DNA of 46,517 nt from Elusimicrobiota bacterium (lineage in GTDB: Bacteria > Elusimicrobiota > Elusimicrobia > UBA1565 > UBA9628). Positions 41,043-46,517 of the stretch are shown in pieces. The position numbers and the translations under genes are program-made. The stretch is from assembly GCA_016204945.1 (NCBI GenBank), contig JACQJQ010000097.1, positions 1 through 46,517 on the forward strand, read 5' to 3'. The notes below the pieces were generated by a model. The model had not been told where the DNA came from, did no database searches, and worked only from the letters and a program-made list of their open reading frames with translations. Position 1 is the stretch's first letter. Each line of letters opens with the position of its first letter.

Positions 41043-42218
41043 GTGAAGATCCTGGGAGGCGCCCTCGCCCTCCTGCTGGCCGCCGGCTCGCCCGCGGGGG
41101 CCGGCCTTCCCGGCGCTCCTTGGCCTTCCGCCTTCCCGGTTCCGCTGCCCGGCCGGGCCGCGCGGCCTCCCGCCCTCGCCGCGCCCGCGGTCCCCGACGT
41201 CGTCTTCAAGGGACGGGCGATCAAGGGCGTCCAGTTCAGCCGAGGCGACCGCATACCGGCCTCCCTCGTCGAGGCCATCGACCTCACCGAGAGGACCCTG
41301 CTTCTCGCGCTCTACGATCTGCGCCTGCCCGAGGCGGCCGACGCGATCCTGCGCGCGAAGGCCCGCGGCGTCGAGGTCCGCCTGGTCTACGACGAAAGCC
41401 ACGCCAAGCTCGACGGCGCCGAGATCCTGTCCGGGCCTTCCGACGAGTACCGGGCCCTCGTCGCCGCGGGCGTGCCGACGCGGCTGCTCAAGGGCGGCGG
41501 CTCCTTCGGGATCATGCACCATAAATACGCCGTGTTCGACGGCGAGCTCCTGATGACGGGCTCGTTCAACTGGACGCGCGCGGCCGACGACAGGAATTTC
41601 GAGAACGCGGCGTTCAAGACGGACCCGGCGCTCATCGCGGGCTTCACCCGCAACTGGGAGTGGATGTGGAGCCTTTCCGGGGCCGCCGCCGGCGCGCCGC
41701 CCGCCGACCCGCTCAGGCCGATCGTCTTCGCCGGCGGCCGGTACCCGCGCTACGCGTTTTCCCCGCGGGGCGGCGTCGAGGATATGCTCGTGGACGCCTT
41801 CGGCCGCGCGCGGCGCACGATCGACGTCGCGATCTTCAGCTTCTACTCCCGGCGCGCGGCCGACGCGCTGATCGCGGCTCGGGCCCGGGGCGTCGTCGTG
41901 CGCGTCGCGGCCGACTCGTCGCAGTCGCGCCGCTCCCAGGCGCTGCTCGCCTTGCGGAGCGCGGGCGTCGATCTGCGCCTGAGCGCGGGCCGGGGCGGCC
42001 TGGGCGTGCTTCATCATAAGTACGCGCTTGTCGACGGCGCTTTGCTGGTCGGCGGCTCCTACAACTTCTCGCAGAACGCCGAGCTCTACAACTTCGAGAA
42101 CGACCTGTTCACCGTGGAGCCCGGCGAGGTCGCCGCGTTCGGCGAGGAGTTCGCCGCGGTCTGGGATCAGGCGCACTTGCCGGCTCCCGGTGAGCTTCCC
42201 GTTCCGGACGGGCCGTGA
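41043..42218 (+). CDS. Secreted phospholipase D superfamily protein with two HKD motifs (Nuc/PLD-like)
   Basis: Signal peptide MKILGGALALLLAAGSPAGA. MHHKYAVFDGELLMTGSFNWT and LHHKYALVDGALLVGGSYNFS. Confidence 0.85.
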   Translation: MKILGGALALLLAAGSPAGAGLPGAPWPSAFPVPLPGRAARPPALAAPAVPDVVFKGRAIKGVQFSRGDRIPASLVEAIDLTERTLLLALYDLRLPEAADAILRAKARGVEVRLVYDESHAKLDGAEILSGPSDEYRALVAAGVPTRLLKGGGSFGIMHHKYAVFDGELLMTGSFNWTRAADDRNFENAAFKTDPALIAGFTRNWEWMWSLSGAAAGAPPADPLRPIVFAGGRYPRYAFSPRGGVEDMLVDAFGRARRTIDVAIFSFYSRRAADALIAARARGVVVRVAADSSQSRRSQALLALRSAGVDLRLSAGRGGLGVLHHKYALVDGALLVGGSYNFSQNAELYNFENDLFTVEPGEVAAFGEEFAAVWDQAHLPAPGELPVPDGP

Positions 42219-42222
42219 CGCG

Positions 42223-42708
42223 ATGAGCCCCGAGGCCGTCTGGCTGCTGACCTTCCTGCTCATCTCCGCGGGCATCGCGGGCTCGATCCTTCCCGCCTTG
42301 CCCGGCGCGCCGCTGATCCTCGTCGCCGCCGTCCTGCACCAGCGGCTGCTTCCCGGCCACGTTTCGACGTGGACGATCGCGGCGCTCGCCGTTTTCTCGC
42401 TCTTGACGTTCGCCGCGGACGCGGCGTGCGGCGTCCTCGGCGTGCGGCGTTTCGGCGGAGGGCGGCGGGCCATGCTCGGAGCGGGCGTCGGCGCCGTGAT
42501 CGGGCTTTTCCTCGGCCCGCTCGGGCTGATCCTGGGCGCCGTCGCCGGCGCCGCGCTGTGCGAGATGGCCCTCGATCGCCGGGCTTGGGACGACGCTCTT
42601 AAGACCGGGATCGGCGCGGGCCTGGGCCTGCTCGTCGGCGCCGCCGCGCGCCTGGGCCTCGCGCTGCTGATGGCCGCGTGGCTCGCCGCCGACCTGGCCC
42701 TGAATTAG
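42223..42708 (+). CDS. DUF456 family membrane protein
   Basis: 161 aa. Gly/Ala-rich TM helices with LPALPGAPLILVAAVL near the N-terminus. Starts 4 nt after the PLD stop. Confidence 0.75.
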   Translation: MSPEAVWLLTFLLISAGIAGSILPALPGAPLILVAAVLHQRLLPGHVSTWTIAALAVFSLLTFAADAACGVLGVRRFGGGRRAMLGAGVGAVIGLFLGPLGLILGAVAGAALCEMALDRRAWDDALKTGIGAGLGLLVGAAARLGLALLMAAWLAADLALN

Positions 42709-42709
42709 C

Positions 42710-43654
42710 TCAGGGGCGCGCTTCGCCGTCCGCGCCGAGCGACCGCATCAGCGCCGCGAGCGACGGGGAGATCTCCGCCGCTCGGTCGCGGTGCATGATG
42801 CCCGGCAGTCGGCCCGAGACCGAGCTGATCTTCGTCACGTGCTCGCCGCCGCAGCCCTCGTTCGCGCAGACGTTGGAGACGCGGCAGGAGCCGCGGTACA
42901 CGTAGTCGGTCTCGCCGCGCACGAGGATGCCCTCGACGAGCCCGGTGGTCGCGTTGAACACGGCCGAGCCCGAGTTGCCCCCGTAGGTGTCGAGGTTGGC
43001 GACGAAGTAGCCGCTCGGGGCGGCGTCGCGGACCGTGGCGCCGCCGGCGATCTTCGTCGGCAGTCCGGCGGGATGGCCGATCACGACGAGCGGCGTCTTG
43101 TTCGTGATCGCGCCCGTCAAGTTGAGCTTGAGCGCCGCGTGCCCCGCCGCCGGGCGGTCGAGCTTGATGAGCGCCCAATCGGCGCCGTCGTTGACCTGCT
43201 CGCGGCCGAGGAGCTTCTTGCAGCCGTACACCTCCTTGGTCGGGACGGCGAGCGGCATCTTGCCCTTCTCCTGGACCGCGAAGCCGAAGACGAACTTCGT
43301 GTCCGCGCAGGCGGACTCGGAGGTGACGCAGTGTCCGGCGGTCATGACGACGTCGGGCGCCACGAGCGAGCCGGAGCAGAAGGCCGCGGTGACCTGGCTG
43401 TAGAAGGGCTCTTCCTTGCAGAGGCCCATGCCGGAGCCGTAGGGCGTGGTCGTGAGCCGGGAGACGCCGCCCTCGGTCTTGACGGCGTAGGAGTGCATCA
43501 GCGCGACGGTCGAGTCCGCCAGGGAGCGCAGCTGCGCGTTCTGGGTCTGGTACAGGTCGAGACGGTCGTCCGCGCCGTAGATGACCCGCCCGCGGACCTG
43601 CGCGAAGGCCGGAACGGACGCGAGCACCAGCGCCGACACGATGATTCCCTTCAT
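42710..43654 (-). CDS. Secreted trypsin-like serine protease (S1B, Glu-endopeptidase-like)
   Basis: Signal peptide MKGIIVSALVLASVPAFA. VMTAGHC, DWALIKL, GGNSGSAVF. GGGGGA lies 7 nt before the ATG. Confidence 0.8.
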   Translation of the reverse strand: MKGIIVSALVLASVPAFAQVRGRVIYGADDRLDLYQTQNAQLRSLADSTVALMHSYAVKTEGGVSRLTTTPYGSGMGLCKEEPFYSQVTAAFCSGSLVAPDVVMTAGHCVTSESACADTKFVFGFAVQEKGKMPLAVPTKEVYGCKKLLGREQVNDGADWALIKLDRPAAGHAALKLNLTGAITNKTPLVVIGHPAGLPTKIAGGATVRDAAPSGYFVANLDTYGGNSGSAVFNATTGLVEGILVRGETDYVYRGSCRVSNVCANEGCGGEHVTKISSVSGRLPGIMHRDRAAEISPSLAALMRSLGADGEARP

Positions 43655-43717
43655 GAGCCGATCCCCCTTGCACGAAGCCGCGGCAGCAGGATTTCAGCAT
43701 AGCGCCGGGGAGGAGTC

Positions 43718-43765
43718 AAGAAAAAAAGGACTTAAGGCCCAAGTCGCTTGCGGGCCTTAAGTCCT
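43718..43765 (-). terminator. Rho-independent terminator of the RND/DUF2892 operon
   Basis: 14-bp perfect stem AGGACTTAAGGCCC / GGGCCTTAAGTCCT (43727-43740 and 43752-43765) with an 11-nt loop. It starts 3 nt after the TAA stop and is followed on the minus strand by TTTTTTCTT. Confidence 0.85.
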
Positions 43766-43768
43766 ATT

Positions 43769-43987
43769 TTACGGATTCTCGCGTCGCCGGGAATTGGACG
43801 GACCATCGAGGCCCGTACTGCGCAGGATGTCTTCCATTAGGCAGCAACGCGTGAACGCCGACTGCAGAAGGTTCGCCCCTACGAAGGCGGTCAACCACAA
43901 GAACCGCGCGTCCACCCAGTGGGCGAGCGCGAGGCTGGCGAGCACGATGACGCCCGCGATGGCGCGGATGCGGTGGTGAAGGCTCAT
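43769..43987 (-). CDS. DUF2892 (YgaP-like) small membrane protein
   Basis: 72 aa. ATG overlaps the RND stop (ATGA). HHRIRAIAGVIVLASLALAHW...FVGANLLQSAFTRCCLMEDIL. Confidence 0.7.
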   Translation of the reverse strand: MSLHHRIRAIAGVIVLASLALAHWVDARFLWLTAFVGANLLQSAFTRCCLMEDILRSTGLDGPSNSRRRENP

Positions 43988-46517
43988 AGCTCCTCCCTTT
44001 TCTTGAGCATGTAATACAGCACGGGCACTGCCATGCGTGACAACAAGGTGGACGCGACCTCGCCCGACATCAACGCGACGGCCAAGCCCTGGAAGATGGG
44101 GTCGAAAAGGATGACGCCCGCGCCCGCGACAACAGCGGCGGCGGTCAGCAGCATCGGGCGAAAACGCACCGCTCCGGCGTCGATGACCGCGTCGCGCAAG
44201 GCCATGCCTTCGCGTCGGCGCAGCTCGATGAAGTCCACGAGAATGATGGAGTTGCGCACCACGATGCCCGCGCCCGCGATGAACCCGATCATCGAGGTGG
44301 CGGTGAAAAAAGCGCCCATGGCCCAATGCGCGGGCAGGATCCCCACCAAGGTCAGCGGGATGGGGGCCATGATGACCAGGGGCACGGTGAAGGACTCGAA
44401 CCAGTAGACGACCAATGCGTAGATGAGCAGCAGCACCAAAGCGAAGGCGGCGCCCATGTCGCGGAACACCTCGTAGGTGATCTGCCACTCGCCGTCCCAT
44501 TTCAGGGCGGTTTTGGACGGGTCGTTGGGGAGGTTGGCGTACCAGGTCTCCAATTCGAGGCCGGATTCCTTGGCGAGCGTGTCGATCGGATTCTTGAGGC
44601 CTAGCAGCGCGTAGATCGGGCTTTCCGTGCGCCCGCCGGCCTCGGCGATGACGTAGGAGACCGGGCGGCCGTTTTTGCGGTAAAGAGGCGCGTCTTCCTC
44701 GATGCGGACGGCGCGCGTGAGCGCGCCCAACGGCACCGCCGTGCCCGCCCGCGAGATCAAAGGCACGGCCGACACGCCTTCCAAGCCGCGGCGGCGCTCG
44801 ACGGGCAGGCGGAGGCGGATGTCGACGGGCTCGCGCGCCGTCTCGTCGTGCGCGAGGCCCAAGGTCTCGCCGGCCAGCGCCAGCCGGGCGGCCGAGGCGA
44901 CCTGCGCGGGAGCGATTCCGTTGAGGGTGGCCTTCTCGCGGTCCACGACCAGGCGGTCCAGAGGTTCCAGGTCGTAGAGGTAGGTGTCGACGTCGGTGAT
45001 TCCGTCGGTTCGTTCCAGGAGGACCCGTAATTTCCGGGCGAAAGCGTCGCGGACGGCCGCGTCGGGGCCGTACACCTCGAACACCAAGGTGGACAAGACG
45101 GGCGGACCGGGGGGGACCTCGGCGACCTGCACGCGCGCGCCGTGGCGCCGGGCGATGTCGGCGATGACGGGACGCACGGCCTTGGCGACGGCGTGGCTTT
45201 GCTGTCGCTCACCTTTGGGTTTGAGCGAGACGACGATATCGGCCAGGTTCGGTTCGGTGCGCAGGAAATAATGCCGCACCAGCCCGTTGAAGTTGTACGG
45301 TGCGCCAAGGCCGAGGTAGGACACGACGCGTTCGACGTCGGGACGGACGGTGAGTGCGGCGGCGATCTCGCCGGAGGCGGCGCGTGCCGCTGCCAAGGAG
45401 GAGCCCTCGGGCAATGTCAAAACGACCTCGAAGTCCTCCTTGTCGTCGAAGGGGAGCATCTTGATGACGACCGCTTTCAGCGGCACCAAGGCCATCGCGG
45501 CCAGCAGGAGGCCGCCCATGACGTACAGGAAGCGGCGGCGTGTCTTTTCGTTATCGAGCAGACGGCCCATGACCTTGCGGTACAAGCGGTCGAGCGCGCT
45601 TTCCTCACCGTGTCCGGCATGAGCAACCGGGCGCCAGCGCTCGAGCACCTTCACGAAGGCCCAGGGCGAGACCACGAAAGCGATGAAGGCTGAGAACACC
45701 ATGGCTACCGAGGCGCCGACCGGGATGGGGCGCATGTAGGGGCCCATCAGACCGCCCACGAAGGCCATGGGTAAAATCGCCGCGATGACGGCCCAGGTCG
45801 CGAGCAAGGTCGGGTTGCCCACCTCGTCGACCGCGTCCACGGCGAGCTTCCACGTGGGGCGCCCGTCGTTCATGGCGAAGTGGCGGTGGATGTTCTCCAC
45901 GACGACGATGGCGTCGTCGACCAAAATGCCGATGGAGAAGATGAGGGCAAACAAAGTGATCCGGTTGAGCGTGTAGCCGAACAACCAGTACACCATCAGC
46001 GTGAGCGCGAGCGTCACCGGCACGGCGATGAGCACGACCAGGGCCTCGCGCAGGCCCAGCGCGAGCGCGACCAAAGCGGTCACCGAGAGCGTGGCCAGTA
46101 AGACGTGAAAGAGCAGTTCGTCGGATTTGTGTTTGGCGCTGTCGCCGTAATCGCGCGTGACCGAGATCTCGAGGCCCGCCGGGAGCCGCTTGCGGGCCGT
46201 CTCGACGCGCTCGCGGGCGGCACGAGTCACGGCCGCGGCGTTGGCGCCGCGACGTTTGGACACCTGGAGGGTAACGGCGGGGCGCTCGCCCGCGACGTCG
46301 CGCAATAACACCTCGCGTTCGTCTTCATCAGGGCCGTCCACGACGGAGGCGATGTCGCCCACGGTCACCGGCCGGCCATCTGACACGCCGACGACGACCC
46401 GGCGCAGGTCGTCGGCGCCGCGCACGAAGGCGTCGGCTTCGACCTTCACCGCGCGGCCGGGGGCGTCCGCGGTCCCGGCGGGCAGGCGTATGTTGGAGGC
46501 GCGCAGGCGCTCGGCCA
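43984..46517 (-). CDS. RND-family efflux transporter permease (AcrB/CzcA superfamily), N-terminus outside the window
   Basis: The frame stays open to the window edge (…AERLRASNIRLPAGTADAPGRAVKVEAD…). Typical RND TM blocks include ALIFSIGILVDDAIVVVENIHRH and IGFIAGAGIVVRNSIILVDFI. Confidence 0.9.
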   Translation of the reverse strand, partial: AERLRASNIRLPAGTADAPGRAVKVEADAFVRGADDLRRVVVGVSDGRPVTVGDIASVVDGPDEDEREVLLRDVAGERPAVTLQVSKRRGANAAAVTRAARERVETARKRLPAGLEISVTRDYGDSAKHKSDELLFHVLLATLSVTALVALALGLREALVVLIAVPVTLALTLMVYWLFGYTLNRITLFALIFSIGILVDDAIVVVENIHRHFAMNDGRPTWKLAVDAVDEVGNPTLLATWAVIAAILPMAFVGGLMGPYMRPIPVGASVAMVFSAFIAFVVSPWAFVKVLERWRPVAHAGHGEESALDRLYRKVMGRLLDNEKTRRRFLYVMGGLLLAAMALVPLKAVVIKMLPFDDKEDFEVVLTLPEGSSLAAARAASGEIAAALTVRPDVERVVSYLGLGAPYNFNGLVRHYFLRTEPNLADIVVSLKPKGERQQSHAVAKAVRPVIADIARRHGARVQVAEVPPGPPVLSTLVFEVYGPDAAVRDAFARKLRVLLERTDGITDVDTYLYDLEPLDRLVVDREKATLNGIAPAQVASAARLALAGETLGLAHDETAREPVDIRLRLPVERRRGLEGVSAVPLISRAGTAVPLGALTRAVRIEEDAPLYRKNGRPVSYVIAEAGGRTESPIYALLGLKNPIDTLAKESGLELETWYANLPNDPSKTALKWDGEWQITYEVFRDMGAAFALVLLLIYALVVYWFESFTVPLVIMAPIPLTLVGILPAHWAMGAFFTATSMIGFIAGAGIVVRNSIILVDFIELRRREGMALRDAVIDAGAVRFRPMLLTAAAVVAGAGVILFDPIFQGLAVALMSGEVASTLLSRMAVPVLYYMLKKREEL

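Noticed and set aside
1-46517. CRISPR arrays, rRNA genes, IS elements or other large repeats.
   Set aside because: No regularly spaced direct repeats, no transposase/integrase-like ORFs and no rRNA-like stretches were seen on either strand. This was by eye only, so short dispersed repeats could have been missed.

Overview
GC-rich, densely packed bacterial chromosomal segment with about 41 protein genes and one tRNA-Glu(CUC). I saw no rRNA, CRISPR array, transposase or integrase. Most long ORFs in the six-frame track are Arg/Ala/Gly/Pro-rich shadow frames of the real genes. Genes were picked by recognisable protein motifs, signal peptides and start/stop coupling, and many ORF-track starts were trimmed. 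The content is dominated by cell-envelope functions. (1) A peptidoglycan salvage neighbourhood: NagZ, a Na-solute symporter, NamZ/DUF1343 and MltA. (2) An ABC-2 exporter operon whose ATPase carries an in-frame TGA. (3) A BcsA-like cellulose synthase with PilZ C-terminus, divergent from bcsG, with no BcsB in the window. (4) A HEAT / GT2 / TPR-barrel exopolysaccharide module co-oriented with peptidases. (5) An unusual operon encoding a PepC-like cysteine peptidase, a 1173-aa protein with two ClpB-D2-like AAA+ modules fused to an FtsH-type M41 peptidase, a stand-alone cNMP-binding domain and a Nudix hydrolase. The two peptidases share a homologous signal-peptide plus Ala/Pro-rich leader of about 120 aa. 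This operon is my best candidate for an undescribed system. (6) An operon with a GIY-YIG domain fused in frame to a secreted BNR-repeat protein that ends in a FlgD-Ig/T9SS-like tail, followed by a PorV-like barrel and a class A PBP. At the DNA level, seven operon-head genes have a -10-like hexamer exactly 6 nt upstream of the start codon (six fit TAnnnT, one reads CAAAAT), suggesting leaderless transcripts. There are eleven 4-nt start/stop overlaps, a perfect 24-nt palindrome with a degenerate second copy, and one textbook intrinsic terminator. All functional calls are motif recognition by eye; no database search was possible.
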